Source: Macrostomum lignano (taxonomy: Eukaryota). Taken from it: a stretch of 53,139 nucleotides of DNA. Positions 1 through 11,026 of the stretch are shown here, in pieces. Where the stretch lies: positions 1 to 53,139 of the forward strand of contig NIVC01000279.1 in assembly GCA_002269645.1 (NCBI GenBank), in the 5' to 3' direction. Every line of letters begins with the position of its first letter. The first letter of the stretch is position 1. The translations under genes and the position numbers were made by a program. Below the pieces are notes generated by a model that saw only the letters and a list, made by a program, of their open reading frames with translations, was not told the DNA's origin and did no database searches.

Positions 1-340
1 CAGGGAGTTTCTTGCCAGAAGAGGCATTCCGGTGGTGCCGCATCCACCCTACTCACCTGATTTGGCCCTGCCGACTTCTGGCTATTTCCGTATGTCAAAA
101 ACTGCATTGCCGGTTGCCGGTTTGACACCTTGCAAGAGGTCAAGAGTGCATGGGAGGGGGTCACCAACCCCATGGCTGCTTCCCAGTTCACCGAGGCCTT
201 CAAAAAGTGGCTGGAGCGATGGCAGCGGTGCATTGAGAAGGGTGGAGATTACGTTGAAAAATGACACAGTTATTGTTTCGTTTTAATTGTTTGTTTTAAA
301 TATATAGCACCTGTCCTATATTTCACGCGGACACCCCTCC
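1..340 (+). mobile_element. 3' end of a Tc1/mariner (mariner-type) DNA transposon, with right TIR ending ...GGACACCCCTCC followed by TA
   Basis: Transposase C-terminus, then short 3' UTR, then a terminus (reverse complement GGAGGGGTGTCC) abutting TA at 341-342, the mariner target dinucleotide. The 5' part lies outside the window. Confidence 0.8.
2..264 (+). pseudogene. Mariner transposase C-terminal fragment (one frameshift)
   Basis: Reads REFLARRGIPVVPHPPYSPDLA, then after a frameshift ADFWLFPYVKNCIAGCRF...FKKWLERWQRCIEKGGDYVEK*. YSPDL(AP)xD(F) and W..C....GDY are mariner signatures. Confidence 0.9.
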
Positions 341-612
341 TATAAACCTTTAATGCAATGCAATGCAATGTACCATATGCAAGGAACTTTCAGGAAACCA
401 TCTTCAGAGAAATTTCGATGACCAGCAGATCAGACGCGTTGCCAGGATTCACGTCAGTCGTCAGGGGGACAGGACAGAGACAAATTCAACTGCAATGTTA
501 GCGAAGGAAGCAAAAAAAAAGGCAATGATAAAATCCCCCCCCCAAGTGAGTGTCCGCATTTGGCTACGCCCCAGAGCAGAATTATATCAGGACGCTATAC
601 ATACATACGATA

Positions 613-851
613 CAGGGGTCGCTTCACAAGCTCGAAGTTTCACACCTCGAAAAGCACTTCCTTTCACAAACCCGAAACTTCATAAGCTCGAAATTTCATA
701 TCCTCGAAAATTTTAGCAAGCGACTTCACAATCTCAAAATTTCACAAGCTCGAAATTTTACAACCTCGAAAACCATTCTAGGCAGCCCACTTTCACAAAC
801 GCCGAAACTTCATAAGCTCGAAATTTCATATCCTCGAAAATTTTAGCAAGC
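613..851. repeat. Degenerate 16-17 bp tandem array (consensus about TTTCACAAGCTCGAAA) with a 61-62 bp higher-order duplication; possibly a DNA-transposon/MITE subterminal array
   Basis: 661-721 is near-identical to 790-851. The array begins at TA|CAGGGGTC (611-620). Confidence 0.6.
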
Positions 852-1552
852 CTGTTTTTCCTGTCTCTGCAGTGTAATGTTTGATGGATATTAGCCTCCA
901 AAAATTATAAAATTGCACGGCCAATGTACTGCTAGAGGTCTTGAGAAAGTGTCTGAATAATTTTACTTTACTTTAAAACTGTATTAAATGCATGACAATT
1001 GACAATAACAATAGTATCGCTGCATTCTCATATGAATTTAAGAAATAATAAATTTACGATACATTAAATAAAAAAGGTAATTAATTCCTGTTGTCAACAG
1101 CTACGGAAAACATTACCAAAACTAAAACTTACTTTTCATGATAGAAGCAGGAGAGTTTTCAAGTTTTATCACAATACATTTAAAATTGAAGACTTTTGTA
1201 CACGAAAAATGTATCTAAGGAAGCACAACAGTTAAACTTTCAAAAAAATCCAATTTTTTTAAATACGATACGTCAATACGGTAACGGTACATAATTGATC
1301 TTCGACTTCAATGACAATAAATATGACAGGAACTAAATGTGCTTCACCTCAAGTGTTACAAAAGATTACTATGTGTTTAATATTAGCAATGCTAGACTCA
1401 CACCGTGCCAAAACAAAAACAAGCCAATAAAACAGAGACCATGAGTCCATGACATCATGAGAGTGACTTTAGGCCTGCAACTGCCACACTAATGGACTGC
1501 CACATCGCAAACTTGCAGGCGGTTGAGCTTACCCCTCAGACTGCTGCTGATA

Positions 1553-1580
1553 TTAGCATTTAGCATTTAGCATTAGCATT
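1553..1580. repeat. (TTAGCA/TTTAGCA)n short microsatellite
   Basis: ttagcatttagcatttagcattagcatt read directly. Confidence 0.8.
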
Positions 1581-1730
1581 TTTGATATTAACATTTTACC
1601 TCCGACTCTGGAGAGTATTACTTTTTATCTCAGGCCTTTAACCCTAAATCTCCCACGCGGTCATTCACTAGAGCTGAACTCCTAGTGATACCAGCTGACA
1701 CAGAAATTAATTAAAATATTAAAATAAAAA

Positions 1731-2170
1731 ATGACAAAGATTGAAACCAGAACCATCAATAAACTCAATAAAATCATTGAATCAAAACCACGTCTTATAT
1801 CAATTAAAGGTGTCAAAGTAAAAATCGATCCCATGCAGCTAATAGTTCAGTGTAATGAGCAAAGACACAGCATCACAGATGAAAAGTCTGGAGGAATTCC
1901 TACCATTAGCAGCTCTTATCCAATCCTTGCAGGCGCTGTAAGTGCCGCAGGTGGTGAAGCAACTGCTGTTAAAGCTGGGAATGATAGAGCCCACAGCTAG
2001 AATTGCAAAAAGATTGCAAGACACAAAGGTATTAACAATTAAGGCAGGAGAGGGCTGCCCTGATGCCCTGATCGTGATGATTGTGAGCATGAAAATTCTG
2101 TAAGCAAGTCTGACATTGTCAAAGCCATCATGACACTGCACAATGCTGGGTTTACAATAATGCGGATGTG
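1731..2170 (+). pseudogene. Polinton/adintovirus virion core-like protein relic
   Basis: Correcting a short frameshifted stretch gives KSGG-FLPLAALIPILAGAVSAAGGEATAVKAG. The GG-hydrophobic/AAGG pattern is typical of adenain-processed Polinton core proteins, and other Polinton genes lie nearby. Confidence 0.55.
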
Positions 2171-3608
2171 ATGAGGTTTAAAACCCCACTTTATCCAGCT
2201 TCATAAACCTAACGCTACTGATGGGATGTAAAAACAGTTTAACTTTTCTATCAGGGTGCTCACCCTCAAAACTTTTTTATTTATTTTAGAGAAAAAAATG
2301 CCAAAAGCCAATCCAGCAAAAGATTTAGTCAACAAATATTTTTCAAAAGGCGTCTCATTTCAAGACAAAAGTAATTTACTAAGAGAAGCATGTAAACAAA
2401 AGTTTAACACCGACTTCTCTCTCAATCGAAGTATTTAGTCGAAGTTAAAATTCTAAACTTTCTTGCTACGTAGACTCATTTATTGATAAGTGCATAGCCG
2501 TCAGCACCGAACAAGAAGGGTCGTGTCACATTATTTTGGAGGTCCCACCGAGACGGCTAAATTAAAATTGACCCAGCCTGCAATCTACATCGCAGACAAC
2601 CATTGCTAACCATCTGCATCGTATGCAATCTGCAATCGGCAACAGGAAGCCAACTTGCCACTGCCAGTGACATTGCCTGTACCTCAGTCAGCCGCCTATC
2701 TGCTAGCGCCACTGCAAAGTACTGAGCGTACTGTCTGCCGATCTAGAAAACCGGTCTGAACCAGTTTACGCTTTGGCGGCCAACTCTGAACTGGACAACA
2801 ACCCCCAAGTCACGCGATCAAAGCCAAGGCCATCCACCCGCAGCCAACCCAGCCAGCCAATTAGTCACGTGACAATCGTCAACACAAATTTGCTAGTCTG
2901 TCGGACCTAGAGGCTAATACAAGTCAAGAAATAACCCTAAGGCTTAAGTTGTTTACCAGTTTTGTACCAACCCAAGGCCAGCCTAATTCTGCAAAATCTG
3001 TCAACAAGTCTGCTGAGTCATCGGGTCTTGTTTTTGTCTGTCTGCCGCCCCGCGAGCACTCCTCAATTTTTTTAATTGAGTTGAGAGCGCCGCACTGGTA
3101 AAGCGCCCGCTGCAGCCGCCATTGGACACTGCCTGTGATTGCAACCTGCGCTACTGCAGTCAACAGTGCAAGTGCAGTCTGTCATCACTCATCAGCCTGC
3201 GACTTCAGCCTAGGCCTACAGCCAGCGGTGACCATCGATAACGCCGGCCAGTGCTGGGCAGCGTCAGCGACCGAGACGAGTCGAGCTGTGTTGAGTCGAG
3301 TCGAGTCGAGACGAGCCGAGCTGAGACAGACCGAACGAGCGGTGAACCGAGTGACCTGGCGAGCGGCGAGCTCCTTCAACGGCCGCGACCCGCAGTTCAG
3401 CGTCGCAGTTAAGACTGAATTCATAATTTTTGTCAAGTAGAATAGGGCCTATTGTGGCAGTAACTATAATAGGATTGCTTACAGATGAGACTCAATAGCT
3501 AGGTTATTTTATAAACTGCCACTTTCTCTCTTATTCTAGCTCTTTTCTTGCTGGGTTCCCTCTTTTAGTTGCCTGCCAGTGTGTCTGTAATACTTAGCTG
3601 CCAAGGTC

Positions 3609-4797
3609 ATGGCAGAGTCCGAGTCGGTAGCCAAGCCAAGTACAGAGGATCCAGCAGCGAGTGGAGCTAGGACAGCAGAAGTAGAGAGACAGAGCCAGGA
3701 GGTAGAAGTGGAGAGACAGAGCCAGGGGCAGAAGTGGAGAGACAGAGCTAGGAGGTAGACGCGAGACAGTTGGCAGTAAAATTAAATTGTCAGAGACAGC
3801 TGGTGATGACGAGGCGGAGACAGATGAAGGTGACCTGCAGGAGTGCGAGACTTCCCTGGGCGATCTGGCCAGGACTTTGGCAGAGATCCGTGACAATGTT
3901 AAGTCAACAAAGTCGAGCCCTCGGCTCAGGCCCCCAGCCGCCTATTCGCCCAAAATGAAATTCGAAATTTGGTGGACCCAGTTCAGCCTGTACTTAGAAG
4001 CGAATAACATAGGACGCGAGCACTGGACAGCTGTGCTGCTGTCATCGTTGTCGCCAGAGTGCCAAGAGTACTTCTATAACCAGAGACTGCACGAGAAAGT
4101 TTTCGAAACCGCTGTTAAGCAGCTTAAGGGTCGGTACGGCGAACCAACGCATGTGGACCAGTTTTATATAGAGCTTACCTCCGCCCAGCAGCTGCAGTCT
4201 GAAAGTATTCAAGAATATTTCGATCGCCTCGTTAGCCTTGCTAACTCTGCGAACTTAAGCCGCAATGAGTACGACGAGCCTTTAGTTAGGACGCGATTTT
4301 GCTATGGGTTAACTGACAAGTCAATCGCAGAAAAGTTAATCAATTTGCTGCAAGAGAAGCCAAGGCCGTCTCTCGAGAGACTTTTAAACAGGGCCCGAGA
4401 CGCCGCCCAAACTAGGCAATTACTCAAATTAGCAGAACCGCCGAAAGTCCGTAGTGTTGAATCAGACGAGATCCAAGCCCTGAAGGCAAGGATCAAGGAG
4501 CTTAAAAGGAAACAGTCAGGTCAGCAGCAAACGACAGCAAACGACAATAGACACCCTGGAGCCCAGAGTTTTCAGCCACCGCAGCATGTCCTGAACTCCA
4601 GTAACTATAATGTCAAGAACCGTAGGCCACCGAAGTGCTTTAGGTGTGGGGAGACGGACCATCTGATCGCAGAGTGTCCCTATCCCAGAGAGCCGGGTGC
4701 CAGTGCGCCACCTTCGAAGTTCAGGGCTCCGCAGCCGTTCGTCGACCCGAAGGACAGAGGGAAGTCGAGCCCGAGACCGCCCAGAGAGAGGGGGTAG
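3609..4797 (+). CDS. gag: Gag (capsid plus CCHC zinc knuckle); N-terminus with 27-bp repeats, frameshifts and a stop
   Basis: ATG at 3609 (MAESES...) with EVERQSQ repeats. ORF 3787-4797 has a retrotransposon capsid-like region (WWTQFSLYL...ESIQEYFDRL) and CFRCGETDHLIAEC (CX2CX4HX4C). Confidence 0.9.
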
Positions 4798-5000
4798 TGA
4801 CCCACTGGAAGGATTCCTACGGGTTCGTCCGGTCCTCCCAAATCGGAGACTCAGTTTTCGTGCACCTGTCCCAGCTAGTGCAGCCCCTGATGGACCTGGC
4901 CTTAAACCACCAGCTAGTGGGCACCCATGTGACCTTCGGCCGAGTTGCTGACGCTGGAAAGACCAGGGACCGGGCCATCAGCGTGACTGCAGATTCGTAG
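4783..5000 (+). CDS. Cold-shock (OB-fold) domain following Gag in the -1 frame
   Basis: (RER)GVVTHWKDSYGFVRSSQIGDSVFVHLSQL...LVGTHVTF...RAISVT shows RNP1 (YGFV), RNP2 (VFVH), a terminal G-x-x-V-x-F strand and a length of about 70 aa. Confidence 0.85.
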
Positions 5001-6704
5001 ACCCCAAGTGTGCGGAGGCCTCTTCCGACCTGCCCCACTACAAGGCGGGATTTTATGTTCAGATTGAGGTCGGAGAGACGAAGACCGTGGCCCTTTTGGA
5101 TCCTGGAGCCAATGCATCGCTGATTTGCCCCAAGATGAGAGACAGGCTAGTAGAGGCGGATCCCATCAATAATGTCTTCACCCCCGCCCAAATCCAGCGA
5201 ACTGCGACTGGGTTCAACGGAGCCAGCTCAGAAATCCTGGGAAAGCTCGAGTGTGAGTTGAGCTTAGGCAAACTGAAGAAGCAGCATATTTTCCTAGTTA
5301 TCGATGGCTCCCTGAGTGAGACGCTTTTAGGACTGGATTTCTGCAGCAGTTTCCAAATTGTCATGGACATGGCCTGTGACCGTGTGACTTGCGCAGGGAG
5401 AATGTCCCAACCCTGCGGGGATCTAGTGACATCTGTAGCGTGAACCGTGTGGTCGCCGCTTGCGACACGGTCCTGCCGCCGCGCTCAGAAGCCCTGGTCC
5501 CAGCTAGAGCCATAGACGCCGAGAGCAACGCCCACGGGGTTGTCAGCGCGAGGCTGTTCAATTCAGATTCGGCCATCGTGGTCGCTAATTCTCTAGACCA
5601 GGTCAGCCCCACCAGCCACGTGTTAGTTAGGGTCCTGAATAGCAGTGAAGAGATTACTGTTGCCAAGGGTGAGGAGGTAGCGTCATTTAAGAAGCTAGGG
5701 GACGACGAGAGCGTGGTGTGCACCCGGCTAAACGAAAGCGATTTCAGCTTCGACAAGGTAGATCTGCTTAACGACAAGCTGGCAAGACTACCCTACCCAG
5801 ACCCAGGAACAGCCAAGTGGCTAATGAACCAGTTCAATTTGCTAGATTCTAACCTAACTAAGAAGCAGCTGGATACCACCGTTAAAATGTTAAATTATTT
5901 CCTTAGTCAAATTTCTCAGTCCGAAACAGATCTAGGCAAGACCACGCTGCATGAGATGACGATCGAGCTCAAAGACCCGAGTTGCCGCCCGATTTCCCAA
6001 CCGTCCAGGCGGACAACGCCGGCCCAGAAAGAGTTCTTAGACAAGCATATTGCCCAGCTTTTAGATCAGGGAGTGGTTGAGGAGTGTGACTCTGACTGGT
6101 CTTCGCCAATTGTGCTTGTGAAAAAAAGGACGGTACGTATCGCCTGTGCGTAGACTACCGCGCCCTAAACAAGTACATAAAGCCGTGCTCATTTCCTCTG
6201 CCGCTGATAGAAGAGTCATTCGATAGTTTGGCGGGCTCCAACGTATTCAGCAGCTTAGATCTGACGAGCGCGTACTGGCAAGTAGGAATCAGGGAAGCTG
6301 ACCGCGATCTCACCGCGTTTTCCTGCCCTCAGGGGACTTTCCGTTGGACCGTTGTTCCCTTCGGGATAAAGACTGCCCCAGCCAGTTTTGCTAAGCTTAT
6401 GCATAAGGTTTTCAGACCGCTGCTGTTGCGAGTCAGCCTGATTTACCTTGACGACATCATCATCAAGGCTAGGAATAACGATGAGATGATATCCCACCTA
6501 GCGCTTGTTTTCTGGCAGCTTAGGAAAGCCAATTTGAAGATCAGGCCATCTAAATGTGAATTGTTCAAAGACAGGCTTAGGTTTCTAGGATTCGTGGTCT
6601 CCTCGAGAGGGATTGAAGCGGACCCCACCAAGACGGAAGCAGTGCGACAGTGGTGTACCCCTAGGGACAAAAAGCAGCTGTTATCCTTTCTGGGGTTTGC
6701 TAAT
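5000..6704 (+). CDS. pol: Host pol, 5' part: aspartic protease, dUTPase-like spacer, reverse transcriptase (frameshifted)
   Basis: FYVQIEV...ALLDPGANAS (DTG changed to DPG), ILGLDF; PISQPSRR...SDWSSPIVLVKK, LDLTSAYWQ, VPFGIKTAPASF, YLDDII, FLG...QLLSFLGFAN. Confidence 0.92.
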
Positions 6705-6908
6705 TGACATACGCTCGTGCAATAGTCTATGGCCGCTGCGCCCAAATGCCGCCTCCCTCATCCCTTCCTAATATATAAGTGTCCTAGTTTCATAATCTTG
6801 TTACAAGCCCTGCTAGCATTAATGTGGTCCTAAAGCCAAATAAACAAGCAAAGCAAGATACGAGCTTCGTTATTCATCAAGCACTAGAGTTGCCAGCAGA
6901 GCATCACA
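6705..6908 (+). repeat. 5' LTR of the nested element
   Basis: TGACAT...CATCACA; contains TATATAA and AATAAA; differs from the 3' LTR at one base (position 9, G/A). Confidence 0.97.
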
Positions 6909-9900
6909 ATGGCGTCGCAAGCACTTGGACGCATCGAACTTCAGAACCTGAGCGCGCCCTGACGTGGCTAACAGCATTCCGTGCGCTCGCTCGAGCCAAG
7001 AAATGGAAAGATGAAGGCACCAACAGAGAAATTGCGGATAACTTTCTAGCACTATGCGGATTGCCAGCACTTGAAAAGCTAACATCTCTGGTGGCCCCAA
7101 AGAAGATCGACGAATTGGAGTTTTCTGCAATCGAGGCCGCCATTCAAAGTTACCTTCAACCAAAGACGCGCATCACCATTGCCGAGCGAACTCGCTTCTA
7201 CACCATCCGGCAACAGCACGACGAGTCTCTTCCGGATTACCTCTCGCGCCTAAGAAAGGCCGCCCAACATTGCAAATTCGATTCGCTGAAAGAGGCAGAA
7301 AGCCCAGAAGAGGTCATGATTCAACTGGCGTTAGTCGCTGGCATGCACTGTCCCACAACACAGCAAAAAGTTCTAGAAGCTATGCAGATCAAGGAGCTGT
7401 CGTCGAGGAAATCGTAGATTTTGTTGCCCAGATCAAGCAAGTAAAGAGTTCGTGTCCAAACAAGCCTCCACGCCGTTCACGACCTCCCCACCAAAGGAAA
7501 CTGTTCCGGAGATTCACCATGGCTCTTTGGCTACAAAGAACAACTTTACCACTCCGCGCAAGATTGGACCACGCACTGGACAGTGTGGTTACTGCGGTCA
7601 AGTCCATGTTGCTGGAAAGTGCCCAGCGTTTGGAAAAACCTGCAGCAAATGCTCAAAACCAAACCACTTTGCATCAGTATGTCGATCCTCCCGACCACGC
7701 CAGCTCCACAACGTCGAGGAGCTCTCAAACACAGACATGCCGCAACCAGATACCACGTCCCTTCTTCACCTTGGGGACGCGGACACGATTCACGCTATCG
7801 ACTCGACACTGGAAAACATAGTCATCAATGGTGCTCAAATCCCAATGCAAGTAGACACCGGTGCTGCGGTGAGCGTCATTTCAAGCACTCTCTGGGAGTC
7901 ACTCCGCCGCCCGGCCCTCCAGAAGTGTCATCGCCGCTTCAAGCCTACGATGGCCACACGCTTAAAGTCCTCGGCAAGTTATCAACCGCCATTGAGCTTC
8001 GCGGCAAGTTTCACCCTGCTGAACTGATCGTTGTACAGGCCTCTAAGACATTCGGTCTGTTAGGCCGTGACTTATTGGACTCAGCGCAAGTCCACAGCAC
8101 ATGCTCCACTAGCATCGGTAACAGCGTGGATGCCCTACCCGTGATTAAAGGCATCAAGGCCAAAATGGAGACCATCGCTGGTGCCACTCCGAGGTTTTGC
8201 CGTGCGCGTCCCGTGCCTGTCGCCCTGGAATCCTCCATCAACGCTGAATTGGACAGGCTGCAGCAGTTGGGCGTGATAGAACCAGTTGACGGCCCGGTGA
8301 GCAATGCTTCTCCTGTCGTCTGGGTCAAAAAGAAAGATGGAACCCTAAGGATGTGCGCTGACTACAGCGTTCACGTCAACGCAAAGATCAAGTCAGAGGA
8401 CTATCCCATCCCTAGCGTGGAGCACCTATTTTCCAAACTAAAAAACGCCAAGAAGTTCGCCAAAGTAGACCTGAGGTCGGCCTACTGGCAGATCGAATTG
8501 GACGAGGCTGCTCAGGATCTCTCAATAATTAACACATCCAAAGGATTATTTCGCGTGAAAAGACTTCAGATGGGGATGAAGAATGCATCTTTTATTTTTC
8601 AGCGCGCGATGGAAAGTATTCTGTCAGACCTAAAGGGCGTTCTCATCTACCAAGACGACGTATTAGTTTTCGCCGAAAACAGTGATTCACTACAGAAAAG
8701 ACTTCGTGCTGTGAAGACTAGGCTGGCAGAAAAGCATGTCACCATCAACGAAAGCAAATGCATCGAGGCGACTGATGAAATATCATTTCTGGGGTTTAAA
8801 ATTTCTGCTGCTGGCATCCAACCCGATGATCGATTGGTTGAGAAAATCCGCAGCATCGCACAACCCAAAGACAAGAAGGAGCTGGAACAATTTGTTGGTC
8901 TAATAAACTTCTTTGGAAGGCTAGTACCCAATTTCTCTGGAAAGATCCAGCCGCTAAATCGACTGCGCAGAGCGGACGCCAACTTTAGTGGACAGCTGAG
9001 TGTGACCGAGCCTTCAGACAACTCGACGGAGATTGCCTCTCAACCCATAGTCCAGCCATACTCATTAGAAAAGGAACTCACTCTTACCACAGATGCCTCC
9101 AAGGGAGCGCTTGCAGGAGTGGTCACGCAAGATGGCCATCCTGTGATCTATATTTCTCGGTGTCTTTCTACTGCCGAACAAAACTATTCGAACATAGAGC
9201 GAGAAGCCCTTGCCGTTTTTTGGGCAGTCAGCCGGCTGAAGCACTATTTACTGGGCCGCCACTTTACAATACAGACGGATCATAAGCCTCTCGAACAGCT
9301 CTTCGGCCAGTCTCGCGGGGTGCCGCTGAACACCTCCGCTCGCATTAGCAGATGGGCACTCGCGATGATGCACCTTGACTACACCATACGCTATATACCA
9401 GGAGAGAAGATTCCACATGCCGATGCGCTTTCTCGCCTACGCTTCACTGACTCATCTAACGATTCGGCGGAAGTCTGCGAAGCCATTGATTGCGTTGCCT
9501 TCGAGCCGTCTGTCATTCCAAGAACCGGGTTGCCGCAGAGCTAGAGTTGGATGAGCTCATAAAAAAAGTGATGCACCGAATTCGCTCGGGAAACTGGGCT
9601 GGCTGTTCTCAGGCTGAGAAACCATTCCAGGCCGTATCGCAATGCCTAACTATCGAGGACGGCTTACTGTTCAAGGGTCGCCAGGTCTACATTCCGCCAA
9701 GACTGCGGAAAGAAGCTTTTCGTGCAGCGCATGACACTCACTCTGGGTCTCTGGCGACACTCAACTTCATGAGCTTGTCCTGCTGGTGGCCTGGAATGCG
9801 CGCTGACATCGAGCGATTTGTCAGCCAGTGTGATGTATGCAACAGGCTGCGGCCCAGATTGGGGAAGACCAGAGACACCTGGCCATCGACTGAATACCCG

Positions 9901-10683
9901 TTTCAAAAGCTTCACGTTGACTGGGCGTACGTAAAGAATGTTGGAAACATCCTGATAGCAGTCGACTCTCACTCTGGTTGGATCGAAGCCTTTCCCTGTA
10001 AAGATCGATCCACAGATCAGATCATTAAATGCCTCAGAACTGTTTTCACACGCTTTGGTGTTCCTGAACTTTTAGTTTCGGACAATGCTCCGGAGTTCGT
10101 CAGCGATTCACTGAGGAGCTGGCTGCACCAAAATGGCATAAAGAAGATGGAATCCCCAACTTATTATCCCCAGGCCAATGGATCGGCTGAGCGAGCAGTC
10201 CAGACAGTCAAACGAGCTCTGCGGGCCTGGAACGAACGAACTACCCACGCTGAATTTGTTCCCTATCTACAGCGATTGCTGTTTCATCACCGAAACTCAT
10301 CCACGTGTAGGGGCAAGACGCCAGCTGAGATTGTTTTCGGACGCCAACTACGCGCTCCTGTAGTCTCCACGTTCAACCAAGGCGAGCGCGTTCTGTATCA
10401 GCCAACTTCGGACGTTCCACCCTCCACTGTCGAATACGTGATGAACCGAGGCCGCAACACGGCCTTCGTGTTGGACGGGAGCGAACTGCGTTTGGCAAGC
10501 GACAACCAACTTGCTCCACTGCCACACGACGATGAAGAATCAATGGCAGGAGATCCCGCAGACACGGAGGCAGGGAACCCCAGCGACAATTCGACCCAAG
10601 GCGCGCAAGAACAAGAAGCAGGTGGAATTCGCCGTAGCACCCGGATGCGTCGCCAACCGACCGCTACTCCTCATGACTGCTAA
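6909..10683 (+). CDS. gag-pol: Gag-Pol polyprotein of the nested element (about 6 frameshift sites)
   Basis: Two knuckles (CGYCGQVHVAGKC, CSKCSKPNHFASVC), PR VDTGA, RT YQDD, RH TDASK/EREALA/TDHKPL/ADALSR, IN HDTH...CDVC with VDW/SDN/NGSAER, and an RRSTR tail. Confidence 0.93.
6910..6922 (+). promoter_or_regulatory. Probable primer-binding site (TGGCGTCGCAAGC) overlapping the gag ATG
   Basis: TGG lies 1 nt after the LTR end. The cognate tRNA was not identified. Confidence 0.55.
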
Positions 10684-10811
10684 AAAAACGCATTAGCTAC
10701 ACAGTACGAGTAACCGAAATGAAACCTGACACGCTGAATTTGAATTAGTTATCTGTTGAGTTCCTAACATAAAGTTTACATTGTTCGGAGACAGTTCAAC
10801 TCTTTCCTTCT

Positions 10812-10820
10812 GGAGGAAGA
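10812..10820 (+). promoter_or_regulatory. Polypurine tract
   Basis: GGAGGAAGA lies 2 nt upstream of the 3' LTR. Confidence 0.75.
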
Positions 10821-10822
10821 CA

Positions 10823-11026
10823 TGACATACACTCGTGCAATAGTCTATGGCCGCTGCGCCCAAATGCCGCCTCCCTCATCCCTTCCTAATATATAAGTGT
10901 CCTAGTTTCATAATCTTGTTACAAGCCCTGCTAGCATTAATGTGGTCCTAAAGCCAAATAAACAAGCAAAGCAAGATACGAGCTTCGTTATTCATCAAGC
11001 ACTAGAGTTGCCAGCAGAGCATCACA
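10823..11026 (+). repeat. 3' LTR of the nested element
   Basis: 203/204 identical to 6705-6908, with no indels. Confidence 0.97.

Larger units (their letters stand above)
6705..11026 (+). mobile_element. Full-length, recent Mag-like Ty3/Gypsy LTR retrotransposon (4322 bp) nested in the host pol
   Basis: Two 204-bp TG...CA LTRs; 5-bp TSD CTAAT at 6700-6704 and 11027-11031. The host frame GFAN|YYRKF is restored when the insert is removed. Confidence 0.97.

Noticed and set aside
6824-6908. N-terminal MVLKPNKQAKQ... extensions of ORFs 6824 and 10942
   Set aside because: They are read-through of LTR sequence and appear in both LTR copies.
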